Assembly (NCBI RefSeq): GCF_009914755.1
Contig: NC_060926.1
DNA: 64,000 nucleotides
DNA from: the human T2T-CHM13v2.0 reference genome, Homo sapiens
Reading direction: 5' to 3' (one strand)
The notes below the pieces were generated by a model that was given only the letters and a program-made list of their open reading frames with translations, made no database searches and was not told where the DNA came from. Within the stretch, counting starts at the first letter, position 1. Each line of letters begins with the position of its first letter. Both the position numbers and the translations under genes were made by a program. This document shows positions 26,256 to 43,256 of this stretch, piece by piece.

Positions 26256-27229
26256 GCTAATTAATTAATCATTATCATCATTTCTATATCTACAGCATGG
26301 ACTGACTCAAGGTATACTGCTCTAAATCCTACTGTAAGGCTTCCTCATCAAGTTACCTACCTTCTAATTGAGTCTCCTCATCGGCTGAAATGTTTACTCA
26401 CATGGAGTTAATGACAGTGTCTGCATTAGAGGATTTAGTCAAGATCAAATTAGATATTGCAATGGAGTGCTGAGGACAACAGCTGGCATGCTTAAAATGC
26501 TTGCTAAATGTGTACAAGTGCACAAGTTCTGTTTTATTAATAAAAACCAACACCTATGTCACTCTCTTGTTTCCAATTATGTAATGTAAGACTATTCTTC
26601 TAGGGATCTTTTCTATAGTTCAGTACCAGAGATGGTTCTCTGACAGTGTGGAGCACCAGAAACCATGAGAAGGAGGCACAGCAATCTCTCCTGAGCATGG
26701 AGCCTGCTCTTGGTGTTGTTTTGCTGCAGCTGCTGTTTGCCATTGATGATCGTTCTCTTCTTTCAGGAGAGTAAGAAGGCGAGGATGCAGTCTGAGTGGT
26801 TTCCATTAGGACTTTGAAAAAAAATCATGTAATAGTTCCTCATTGAATATAGCCATTGTTCCCAACATGTTAGATGCTAAGAAACCCTTTGTCACATAAC
26901 AAATTTCAAGCAGCTGTAAATGCTCTAAATACCTATGTGAGACTTCAGCAATATGGTAGACCCAGCTAATGTAGAGAAGTCCACCTCTTGATATGAATGT
27001 ATAAATATGTTGAAAACAGGTAACGATGCACAAACGAATTCAAAAGACTGAAGGAACCCTCCCAGTACTAGAATCTCAAAGCTCATGCAAAGCTAGAGCA
27101 GATGCCACCACTGCTCACAGGAGTATCTTCCTTGATACAGACCCTAGGGCTTACGGTGTGACTGTAACAACCACACTGGAACAGGTGAGAAAACCTCTCA
27201 CCTGAACTAGGTGGAGAGCTGGAATAGCT

Positions 27230-27625
<396 letters not shown>

Positions 27626-28587
27626 TAGCTATTTTTATAAAGCCAAGACTGTCTAGGTCACACAAAGAGAAATTAGCTCCACTCGCCAACCTGGGGAAAC
27701 AGCAGTGTAACTTTCTCCCTGCTGATAGCTATAAAGGAGAAAAAGGTCTCCTGCAAGAAATCAAAACACCAACTTTGTGCCATGAGTGCATGGGAAGATC
27801 AAATTTATATTATCATCCAGGTGTATGGGAGCCTTAAATGGGATTTTATCTGTAATATGAAATCTCAATAAATCTAAAAAAAAAAAAGTAAAGTTGCTTT
27901 GTAGAGACAACTATGCAACTGGGGTGGTGGCATATGACTCCTCCCACACTAAATAACCCACCAGATACAAATCATAACTAAAGAACAAGAAATATGCAAA
28001 AAAGCTGGGCACTTATAATAACAAATAAAATCGTGGTCATTAATATGTTTAAAAACAGTGGATAGGTTAAACAGCAGATTAGATAAAGCTGACAAAAGAC
28101 TCAATAAACTGGAAAACAATTCTGAGAAAAGTCCCTCAAAATGCAGTACAAATAAATAAAAAATGTAAAGTGTCAAAAGAGTTAAGCAACAGAAATAATG
28201 TCCTATATTCATCTAATAAGAAATCCACCAAGAAGAATATTTGAAGAAAAAATAATTGATAATTTTGCAGAGCTGAAAAAAATCAGATTAGAGAAGCACC
28301 CTGATTCCCAAACAAGTAAAAATAAATTTATACCTAAACCCATCAAAATAAAATTAGAAAACATAAAAACAAAGAAAATATCTTAAAGATAATTAGAAAA
28401 AAATTAAGATTGCTCACAAAGGAAGCGCATGGTGCTGACTGCAGGCAACTCTTCATCTATCAGAAAGGCCAGAAAAAAGTAGAACTTTTTAACCTACAGG
28501 CACTTAAACTGTTATTTACAAGTAAAAGAAAAATAAAGATGAGTTTAGAGAGTATAGCATTGATAGACTGTTAGTCAAGAAATACTA

Positions 28588-28963
<376 letters not shown>

Positions 28964-29241
28964 CTAAATACAGAAGAATGAAAAGTGAATTGCAAGAGAC
29001 TGATGATTTTGACAACTTATAAATATAAATGAATCTAAACTGACTTATTAAGAAAAATTAAAAGTATACCTAAACTTGGAAAGCTTAAAAACAAGGACTC
29101 AAAATCCCATTCAACAATAGCATAGAAAAAAAAAGAGGGGATGATAAGAGCTAAAGGATTTAGTTCCTCTTGGAAAGAGTAGAAATGCTGATAAGCTTAG
29201 ACTCTTCACATCAAAAGTGCTCGTTCAAGTGTAAGGGTATT

Positions 29242-29563
29242 GGCCAGGTGTGGTGGCTCACACCTGTAACCCCAGCACTTTGGGATACCGAGGCAGGCAG
29301 ATCACCTGAGGTCAGGAGTTCAAGACCAGCCTGGCAAACATGGCGAAACCCCATCTCCACTAAAAGTACAAAAAAAATTAGCTGGGCGTGGGCGCCTGTA
29401 ATCCCAGCTACTCAGGAGGCTGAGGCAGGAGAATCACTTGAACCCAGGAGGCAGAGGCTGCAGTGAGCCGAGATCGAGCTCTCCAGCCTAGGCAACAGAG
29501 TGAGACTCCATGTCAATAATAATAATAATAATAACAATAATAATAATAATAATAATAATATAA
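29242..29563 (+). mobile_element. Alu (Sx-like) with an (AAT)n tail
   Basis: Full dimer, about 16 AAT units. Near-TSD TAAGGGTATT / TAAGGGCATT. Confidence 0.95.
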
Positions 29564-30681
29564 TAAGGGCATTGCAGAACCAGGATTTTGGGGACCTGAG
29601 TCCTATATAATCTGGGGAACTTACATTATTTTCTCTTAAGAATTAAAAACTAATTTAAATTTTTCAAATTTTACAGAAACATCTGAGCCACATTGCTATG
29701 GCTTCGAGGAGGACCGTGCATGTTAGGGGCCAGAAGGCTATACTTCCTTAGCTAAATCTAGCTGTAGTGCAAGTTTTAGAAACATCAAAATAAAATGCTT
29801 AAATCACATTCCAATCCAAGAAGGAGGTGAGAGGATAAAAATAAAGAAATGCCATCAAACTAATAAAATCAAAAAAAAGAAAAGAAAAAATAAGCAACGT
29901 CACTGAAAATTGAAAACATAAAATAACATAGTATAAAATTTCCAAATAAACCAGTAATTACAATAAAAAATTAATGAGCTAAATGTTCAACTTAATAAGT
30001 TAGAAAAATTAGAAAAGAAGTCCAAAGAAATAGAAGGAAAAAAATAAAAAGATAACCGATATTAATGAACTAGAAAATACAGAAATAATAATGAGGATGA
30101 AGAGAACTGAGATTAGTCACCATTCTTTCTAAGTAAATTCCTGACATTTAAGGAGAATTGGATAATTTTCACAAACAAGACCTCTTACCTCCTGGGTTGC
30201 CAAAACATTAAGAACAGTTTGTTAAGTTTGAAATTCTTCTAATTTTTTCTTCCCTCTTATATCTTATATCTTACAACTCTTTTGTCCCACATGCAAATTT
30301 GCAAATTTGAGTCAACCAACCATAAAAATCATTTCTACTTGTTTCCATTGAGTGATACTTTCAGGCCTCACATCAGTCCAAAATCCTGAGGTCTGGGTTA
30401 CCTTTTATCTTTTTGATGAGCCCTGGATAGAAGCAGATGCTTTTTAGACTGGGCAATAAGAAACTGGAAGTCACAGCTGTGTAGGGGGCATCATATTTTT
30501 ATTGCCTGCTCCCCAGGGCTGTGTTTCACAGGTACCCAGAATAGAGGTATGACACTTAAATAATGAATTTTTGATTAGAAAGAACAGGAACAAGCTTCTC
30601 AGGCTGACTAGTTCACACTTCTTTTATTTCTTCTTCATTTTCTTTTATTTTCTCTTTATCACCCGTCTTGTCTTTAATCAG

Positions 30682-30839
30682 ATGGATATACACATGAATC
30701 ACAGGATACAGTTTGGCACTAAATGGCCTCTGAAAGGATCATAGCTACGCCTTCAAACTCATTCATATCTAAAGTGCCCCCAAAAGGTTGCCAGCATGCT
30801 CCACCCTGAATTCTGAAACAGAGGTACTCCTTGGAAAAG
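30682..30839 (+). ncRNA. Candidate internal non-coding exon (158 nt)
   Basis: About 68 nt of AG-free polypyrimidine tract ending TAATCAG at 30681. Consensus donor AAG|GTAAGT at 30837-30845. Stops in all three frames. Confidence 0.45.
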
Positions 30840-31699
30840 GTAAGTCTCTTTCACTGCCTAATCATTCCAGTCTGAGGAGAGACAGCCCGCAGTGGACCAC
30901 AAGCCGAGAGCTGTATGCAGCACATTAAGAAAATCCTCCAAAATGCAAACCAAAAAAAAAATTTTTCATCATCAGAAAAAAAAAGTGAAAGAAAGAATTA
31001 GATGGGGAAAAAAATGGATCTTCCTCTCTCAGCCTCAGAATGTCAGTTGAAGCTCGGAAGGACTCTTTTATTACACAGATAATTCAAAGCAAGAAATCTG
31101 CTGTCAGTATAGGGACAGCCTCTGGGCTGAACAGGGCAACAAGTTCAGGTCACCTCCACGGCCTTGCTGCTCCACAGGTGAATGTGGCCTGAAATAAAGG
31201 TATAAATTATCAGCATGGCGCATGGGACTTAGCCTTCCAATGCCCCTCCATTAACCTTCCACCCTCCTCCTGCCTGCAATCACCATGTGGAAAAAAGGTC
31301 CCCGTGTGGTCTGGCAGAAGGTAACGCAAATGTTTCACTGACTTTTGAATTAAGAAAGGTAAAAAAAAAAAAAAATCCTAACTGTGGCATATAAAAGACA
31401 CAGCAATTTAGGATTTGGTTGTTTCCTATGGAAGGTGTGTGATTTTTTCACTCCCCCTCTATTTTTTGCTTTAAAAAAAAATAATTGTTAAGTTTTTCAA
31501 CATTGTGGCCTTAGGAGGTAATTTGCTAAATAGGACAAAATTAGCTGATTTTTGGACCATTTAAAAGAACATTTCTTTTGAAAGCATATAAAATGTATTA
31601 AAGCAATCTTCAGAGTCTTTACCCCTGCTTGAGATTTTAATTTACTCCGAACTAATAAATTATCCCCCCCTCTCAGAAGCTATTGAAAAATTTCAGTTC

Positions 31700-32660
31700 A
31701 ATCCTTTTTAAATTTTAATGTGTTCAATTGAATCCCGGGCAATTTAGACATACACACTCACAGCTTGGGGTGGTCAGCTCACCAAGGCAAGACTGAAAAG
31801 GGGTCAGATTAACGTGAACCCCTCTGCCCCCTGGGATTACCAAGGTGATATTAATGAATGCGATTTCCCCCCACACATACAGGTCTGATGGTTGGATAAT
31901 TACTTCTCCAAAACAGCATTTAACAAATGCCCCTATTTGAAGGCCAAGACCATTTTCTCTGCAGCTGGAGGAAGCTGCAGCGCAGGCAGGAGGAGGTGGA
32001 AGCCAGGAGGGGTGGAAGTGGGGAGGGAAGAAGAAGGGAGCAGGAAGCCGGGTGGCTCTAATCAGAGAAGGCAACGGCAGTGCCGGGATCTGGGTCACTT
32101 TGATCGTAGGGTTTGCTGAAGCACAAAGGTTCACTTCATCTCAGGCAGAGCTCTGCGTTACCTCTGCACACTTATCAGAAATATTTTTTCAGGCTATCAA
32201 TTATTATATTTGAACATTGCATCCCGGCTCTGGGGAGCCCTTAGCAAGCTGTAGCAAAAATCAATCCAGTTTTACAACTTTTACCTTGGCAGAGCTCCAG
32301 CCCTTTATCTACGTTACCCATAATTTAAAGATGCCATATCTCTTTCCATGGCACAGATATATTCCCAAGTATGACATGTCCTTGATAAACAACAATAATT
32401 TTTTAAAGTTTGCACTGGTTAGTCTGGGTACGGTTAACTTTCATGGAAGTTGCAGGCATCACCATGGTCGTTCCTTCTTGTCAATAATAATCATTATGGC
32501 AGTGGTTAGCAATACTAATTGCTTTGTCTTCCTTTGCTTCTCCTTTCCATACTGTCTGTTATATATGACTTTAGCCCTGAGCGCTGATGTAATTGATCAT
32601 ATTGGAGAACCCATTGCATTTTTTTTTAACTCACCAATTGGAAACAGAATCTGAGTCTTA
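31700..32660. promoter_or_regulatory. Candidate conserved enhancer block
   Basis: Repeat-free, with several retained CpGs and GATTA/TAATC, CTTTGAT, CTTATCA and TAATTG motifs. Confidence 0.45.
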
Positions 32661-33499
32661 CTTGGAAAAAATTTGAAGGCTTCCATATGGCTGTGAACAC
32701 ATGACCTTGAACTTGCCTCTTTCCTTGATGCACTGGGGAGGTGGCACTGAGGACCGAGAGAATGTACTCTCTTGTTAGCTGGGGGCACTTATGTGTGGAC
32801 TAAGGGGATTGGCCATGTGGCTGGCACCTTGAAAGAGGTTATGTATCAAATCCAGAGTGGCAAGATTGAAGAGGACATGGTGCTTCTCAGGGAAAAGTTT
32901 AAAACCTTTCCTAAGGTGAGAAATTAGAGCTGAGGCTGCTGTTCTCACATGTGGCCAAGTTTGTGTAGGTGGCAAAAAACGATCATCTAATCTGGCCTTC
33001 AGAGGATCCGTGTAGAAAAAAGAAGAAAAGAAGAAGCCTTACCTTACAGCCACATTTTGAAAAGGTTTTTCTAATGTGAGTGTATTTTAGATGTCATCAG
33101 TATCTCAATCTCTTTGGTAAATCTTCATGTATAGATAAACCAGTGATCAGATGGGTTGGTTTTCAGATTACTTATTTTGTACTTGTGCTAGTTCCAAATG
33201 TGTTTTATGTGCTTTTTGTGCATCTCATTTCTGCAAGTTCCCTTAGAGCATTTAGCCAGAGGCGGATACAATCCTCTGTCTTTGAGTAGTTCTCCACCAA
33301 ATGTTTTGATAACTGTAGCTGCTGTGAAATCAAAGTAGAACAGACATCAAATGAAAAATGACTGTTCAGAACCTGCAATTTTAAAAACCAGCAAATTAAG
33401 AACTTAATGCTTCTCCCATCAGTCCATCCATCTATCCATCCATCATTCATTCGGCCATTCTGGTTCTCAGATGAGAAAAGAAAGCTCATATATGAAATT

Positions 33500-35640
33500 T
33501 CCACTTATAGATTCACAGGAAGTTTCAAAATAGTACAGAGAGGTCTCATATACCCTTCAGCCAGTTTCCTCCAATGGTTACATCTTATGTAATTATACCA
33601 CAACAGGAAATTCACCATGGCACGACATAAATGTATGATTCGATGTCATTTTTTCACAGTACTTGTGATATTCATGTAACCACGATCAAGATATAGAACT
33701 ATTCCATCACCACCAACCTGTTTCCTCTTTGCAGTCATATCAGGCCCTGTCACTCATTAACAACCAGTAATGTTTGTTTTGTTTTGTTTTCAATTTCGAA
33801 TATCATTATTTTGCCTATACAAAGTTGGATTGTATTTTTTTTCAGTCTCCAACCTCTGTCTTTTGGTTTGTGTATTTACAGCATTTACATCTAATGTATT
33901 TGTTGATAGAGTAAAGCTTAAGTCTGCTGTTTTCTGTTCTGTTTTCTGTTTGTTCCCTGTTTGCTTTTTCCCTGCCTTCCTGTGGATCACTTGAACATTT
34001 TTAGAATTCCATTTTGGTTTATCTGTAGTGTTTTTGGATATACAGCTTTGTAATTTTTTAGTAGTTGCTTTAGATATTACCACATTTATAACTCATCAAA
34101 GTCTAATGGCGTCAACTATTTCTTCTCTTCTGGGACTTTAGTGACACAAATGTTAGTTTTTTACTATGGTTGCACATTTTCCTGAGGCTCCTGGCCACTC
34201 CTCTCCCTGCCCCCCTCCCCCCAACCAACCCCAGACAGTCTATTTTATCTCTATTTTTCAGCTTGGGTAATATCTAGTTATCTCTCTATCTTTCAGGTCA
34301 TTAGACTCATCTGTCTTCTTCATTTGCTGTTGAGTTCATTCACTGAGTTTTTAAATTTCAGTTATTATATTTTTCAGTTCCAAAATATCCATTTTCTTCT
34401 TTATATTTCTATTTTTTCTGCTGAGACTTTCTTATTTTTATTTGTTCCAAGCATGTTTGTAATTCCTCACTGAAGCAGTTGTATATGGCTGTTTTTAAAC
34501 TTTTGTCAAATAATTCTACAATTTGTGTCATCTCCACATTAGTGAACGCTCATTTTCTTTTCTCTTTCAATTTATAATCTTTCTAATACTTTTATATGTG
34601 ACCTTAGATTAAAACCTGGAAGCATTAGGTATCATGTTATATGACTTCCCCTCTTATTTAAATTTCGTGTTTTAGCAGGCCTCCTTAACACGGCTCTGGC
34701 TGAGCACAGGGGAGCACTGCCTTGTTACTACCAGGTGGACATGAAAGTCTAGGCTCTCCACTTGGCCTCCTTTGACATCTGAGAGGAGGGGACTTCTTTT
34801 TACTATTGGGAAGGGTATTAATGCTGAGAGATCTACCCACTAGCCCATCTTGACCCTATCCTGGCTGGGAGGGACAAAGGTGCCTGTTTACTACTCCCCA
34901 CGTATCCTCCACTGACACCAAAGCAGGTGGAAGGATCACCTTGCTGCTCATCAAGCAGTGAGAGTCTTGATGCTCAGCCACGTCTTCCCTGACACTACCC
35001 CAGGGAGGGGGAAGAGGCGTCCTCTTGCTGGGTGGGAGTGCTGGAAGTCAAGGCTCCCTGAGTAGTCTCCACTGACAGCACACGGGGTGGGAGTGGGTCA
35101 TTATCCCTTGGGGTGGGTGGGATTCATTACCACCAGTGGGATGAAATTTCAAGCTCCCTTGGCCTTGTGTGATGCAACCAGAGCTGAGTGAGGAGCGGAC
35201 ATCTTACCATAGCCTTGTGAAGGTGGAAGTCTAGACTCCCCTCACCCAGACTCTGCTGGCAGGAGGGCTGGGGCACCAGTTTCCCTGAGGGGCTTTTTGG
35301 AACAGAACATTTATTGTGTAAAAGTTTTCTGTTTGACTAGGCTGGGCTTCCCTTTTCTTGGTCCTTTAGCTTTTCTTGGGGCTTTTTTTGTCTATCCCCA
35401 CTCTTGTTTCCAGGTTTCTGGATTCTCCAGTATCCAGGCTGGGTTATCTTAGGCAAAAAGAAAACTCAGAAAACTCACTGACATGTCATTTCTTGGTTTC
35501 CATAGTCCTGAGCCGGTCTGACCTCTGTCCACTTTGCAGAGATCTTGTGTTTGTTTCTTCCATAGCGTCCACGGCTTTTAGTGGCTCTCAGCGGGAGGAC
35601 AAGGGGAAAGGACATCTACTCCATCTTCCTGGAAGTGAAA
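33500..35640 (-). mobile_element. Old L1M fragments (L1MC-type 3' end plus L1M body/5' region)
   Basis: TATAGATTCACAGGAAGTTTCAAAATAGTACAGAGAGGTC..CCAGTTTCCTCCAATGGT, then a T-rich L1 antisense body and repeated GGAAGTCTAG-type 5' repeats. Confidence 0.7.
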
Positions 35641-36884
35641 GTCTTTTTTTAATGTCTTCTTAAGTTAATATATTGTATTAAAAAAGACTTACCCATGGCT
35701 GTTCTATGGCTAGATGTATTAATAGACAAATGCGTTATTTTTTTCAGGTATTGAACTTTACCACATAAGCAGCATTTGTGTTCATTAAAATTTGGAAGCA
35801 AATATCAACAACAAAGTTCTGATGATAACTGCCTCATTTTAATATTTATGTAGAACCTGCTGCATCATAAATATTGAGTTATGCTATTATCCCTGTCTAT
35901 CCTGGCTTTTAATAAATGTAAAATCTGGCAAATATTACCATATCTCTTCCTTATTTACCTTTGAATTTAAGAATAGAAAATGTATTTCCTCATTAAAACT
36001 TGAAAAATGTCTATTTAGTGAGTAGAATCTCTACAGATTCTATTTACCTATCTCTCTCCCACTGCCAAAATATTCTCCCTGACCTGTTCTATCTTCATCA
36101 TTATTGTAAATGCAGATAAAAATAAAATTATTCGCGTACCTCGTAGCTATGAAAAAGCAATGAAATAAAGAGTTGTTTTTATCTGCTTTTAATTATATGA
36201 AAAAGAGAAGCTAAAAGAAAGAATTCTTTTTAAGTGGGGGTAAGTCTGAGGGACAGATGACAAGGGAAGAAAAAGAACAAGAAGAAGAAAAAGGAGAGGT
36301 CATCAGAGAAGTCATGGAAGATTTGCTGTGAGGCCATGTTAAAATATTTCTTCATGATGAGACCTAGAATTTCATATATTAAGACACTTCCAAATCTAAC
36401 GTTTCAAATGATGAATTCCTTTTTTGCCAATAATTCTTAGTTAAATTCAGACTCAATTTAGGTGTCTCTATTTGAGAACCCAGTATATTAATTGGAACCA
36501 TGTCATGATTGGGCACCTGGCACACTGATGCATGTATTTGATTGGAGAATGAAATCCACTAGAGGGGATGCCACCCATGATGGGACCCTAAAGTAAACAC
36601 TTTCTGAAGGGCATCACTCTATGGAGATTCCAAGAGAAAATACACCCTTACTTAGACACACACAGAGTGTTCCCAACATATATGTTCAAATGTAGTTATT
36701 CTAATCAGAAGTTTAGGTATTTCAAACTTCTCTCAAATAAGTGGGTCAAAGAATGGCAATAGTAATATCTGAGAACTGTAGAAGTGGCAAATACATTTCA
36801 ATTCACAGGTGAGCAGCTACCGTTCAATACAGGCTACTGGGTGTGCTACTTTAAGGATTCTGAGGCAAGAACAGAAAAAATATG

Positions 36885-39650
<2,766 letters not shown>

Positions 39651-41756
39651 CATAGGCAAGTTGAGTCCCTCAAACAGAAGGAGCACAGTGACCTGATTTC
39701 AGGGACTAAATGGCCTTTGGGGAAGAAAAACATTTAAACACTAAACCATACTGGATTTGTGCTACAATCAAAAGGTAAAGAATCTTTCTTAAAATCCATT
39801 GGAAACCCTTAGCACACATAGACTGAACTACACAGCACCAGGTACATGCAGAAAAGTAAGGATGAAAATCCAGATGTTTGTCGCTGGTGTCTAACACCTG
39901 TGTTTGGCCATCGAAGTAGTAGGTCAAATTTTTATCTGAGTATTTGATCTCATGAAAATAAAGCATAAAGCAAACTATAAGAAAATTACATATCCAAATT
40001 CTAAAATTTTTTCTCATTGATTATTTTGTAGAAACTTAGGCAGAGTAAGAATGTATTGCAGAGGTTCTAAAAATTTTAGGAGTTTAGATTTTTCTTAATA
40101 ATAAAATTCTGTGTGGGGGAATTCCAAATTTTCCTTACTCAAGAAGACATATATTAAGTTTCTATACAAAAGTTATAATAATGAGCTTAAATTCGAAAAG
40201 TATATCTCTTGTGTCCCACACAAAATTTCCAGCCAGGAGAACAGTGCAATTGATATCACCCCTTATCATGCTTTGAAATCATCAGTGAGATGTTAGCAGT
40301 AAAAAATGACTTTTTTTGGCATTGTAAAATACATATTGAGAGTCAAATGAATGCAAAGTAGAAATCATTTATCATTGTCAAATAATATTTTGTTTAACCT
40401 CTTTGCCACCCTACACCTTCAAAATTAACCTATGTTTATTAAACAAATACATTATTGGCATCAAAAAAACTTTAAAGGGATTTATATTATGACAAATATA
40501 ATTCAAGCCTTTCTGGGACCCAGGAATGTGGGGGCATTTGTTAATGAGAGTGACGTCATCCTTAATTAAATTTCCAAGCTTTTCATATCACAATATCACT
40601 ATCAAATATATAAGAAACTCAAAGTTTTTCTATGCTTTTAAATTTGTGGTCTATGAGAGAAAATTATTTAAGGGTGTACATTCAATTAAATGTAAGGAAA
40701 AGCAAAGTTTTGATCTGATTATATTGTTTATTAAAAAAATACATTTAATCAACAAGAATGCATTTAAACAGATAAAAAATCCAAGTTGTCTTCTTTTGAA
40801 TCTCCAGAGTTGTAATTGTATATACCATTCTTACCTGGGGGCATAGTAAGTGCCATACATTTTCTTTAAGATCAAGGTATATTCTTGTCTGGTTTTACTC
40901 GATATTTGACCAGAGGAAGTCAATTCGTTTTTATGGAGAATGGCCCATGATAAACGTCTCCTAATAACCCTAGACCTTTCTTTTCTTAGAAAGGGTTTTC
41001 CTGCCGGTTCTCCACAACTAGACTACCCCATCAGCAATCCTGAAGGACGGGAGACTGCTGAGCGGATGGAGGTTAAGAACAGAAGAAACTGGGACAGCCG
41101 GTGCCTTGTGCCAATCCCTATGCACCTGCTAAATAGGCTGACATGTTTGGACGAAGCAGCCCAATTTGCATTTGTCACCACAGTGAGACATTAGCAGTGT
41201 GAATATCAAGAGGGACAGATGTGCCCCAGCAGGACTGCCACCTCAGACAGCCCGCTGTGCTCCCAACACAGGAGGCTGCCAGCCCAGGGGACGCCCCCTT
41301 GCCTCCGAGGAGCCCATGGCACTGCCAGACACAGCAGAAAAATAAGACATATGTCCTTCCTCAAGGTCCTGGGGTCCTGGCTAATGGATGGGGGACAAAT
41401 TAGCCAGTATCCTATTGTGTGCTAAATCCATGGTCCTTGGGGATTGCTTGCTGTCTTTTAAATATCATGCCCCTCATCTTTTCTAATTCCCCATCCCTAC
41501 CCTTCCTGTGTTCTTGAGAGAGGCACCAGACTCGACTCTTCTCAGTTTCTGAGTTTCCTCCAAATCTTAAAAAAAAAAAAAAAAGCAGCCCAATTAAGTA
41601 TGGTATTGAGTAGCTGGTATTATTCCCTGGTAGATTCTTAGGTACGAGATCTGATTTTCTCTGTAAATATATTTTCATTATAAGGCAAGAATTTTACACT
41701 AAACTGAATTAGGATTCCTAATCTATAATATTTTTTATGTAGCCTCATGATTTAAG

Positions 41757-41953
41757 GCAGGGATCAGCAAACTTCCTCCAAAGGGCCAATGGTAAATTGT
41801 TAGGCTTTATGTGTCTCCTTCACAACGATTCAACTCTGCTGCTGTATTGAGATGGCATCAATGAATGGGCATGCTGTGTGCCAACAAAACTTTATTTACA
41901 GAGACAGGCAGTGGGCCAGATTTCTCCCACCAGCCGTAGTTTCTTGAACCCTG
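41757..41953. mobile_element. MER58A
   Basis: CAGGGATCAGCAAAC..AAAGGGCCA..CCAACAAAACTTTATTTACA..GGCCAGATTT..CCCTG. Confidence 0.8.
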
Positions 41954-42844
41954 GTTTAGGACAAGAAGATTACCCAGAAGCTAAATGCATAGTTTTCAGA
42001 ATTTTGTCCTCGTTTGAAGAAACAGATGACACAGCACGTCATATAGCAGAAAACCAGGGGTTTGCACCTCTGGATCTGACCTCTGCTCCTTTCCTCATAG
42101 ATGAATGACTTTGGCAAAGGCACTCACCCTCTCCACAATTATAAAATGAGGTTGTGGCCTTCTCCCAGGTGCTGGCTTGCTGTCAGGTTAAATGAAATGG
42201 TGTTTTACAAGCTTGGTGTAGTGTAGAAAACAGGAAATACACAGTAAACTTTAGTCCCTCCAAACTGAGAGATTTTACACTGTCCCCCACTCTGATCCTG
42301 AAACCCTTCCCCTGCACCCTCCAAGTCTCCTCCTCCTTTCTTGACTACTCCATCAGTCTCTTCCAAGTTTTCTAATTTCTTTTCCTCTGGACAAGGTCTG
42401 CGAGTGTTCTCAAAATTTCTAGCCGCAGCCTTCCTCCTTCTCCTTAGGTGAGGACACCATTGGGAAGGAAAACTTTTACCTTCTCAGGTTAAGTACTCAG
42501 GGCCTGTGAATTAAACTGACCAAACACAAGTTAGCAAGAAAAAAGATTTTTATTCATGTATATACGGACATGAGAGTTCACAGAAAAGTGTGAGAGAGTT
42601 AACAGTAGTGCCTACTCTTGGGCCAGGTGGCACTGAGGGCCTCGATCTCAGCAGCCCATTGTTCCCTCCCTAGGCATTGTACTGACAGTGCTCAGGAAGG
42701 GAAGGATGAAATGTGTGACTGCACGTGCAGGACAGGGTGTAAAAACTAGAAAGATGGGGTGGAAAAGCATGAATTTTGGTGACCCTTTGCTGCCCAGACC
42801 AGACTACTTGTCATGAGATCTGTTTACTCAAAAGGGATAAATCA

Positions 42845-43210
<366 letters not shown>

Positions 43211-43256
43211 AAATCAAGAGTACAGTTTGTAGTAGGGATAGCCACGAAAAAAAGCA

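Noticed and set aside
31821-31840. CTCF-like motif (minus strand CCCAGGGGGCAG)
   Set aside because: Only the core matches and the upstream CCAC/CCAG part is absent. Too weak without ChIP data.
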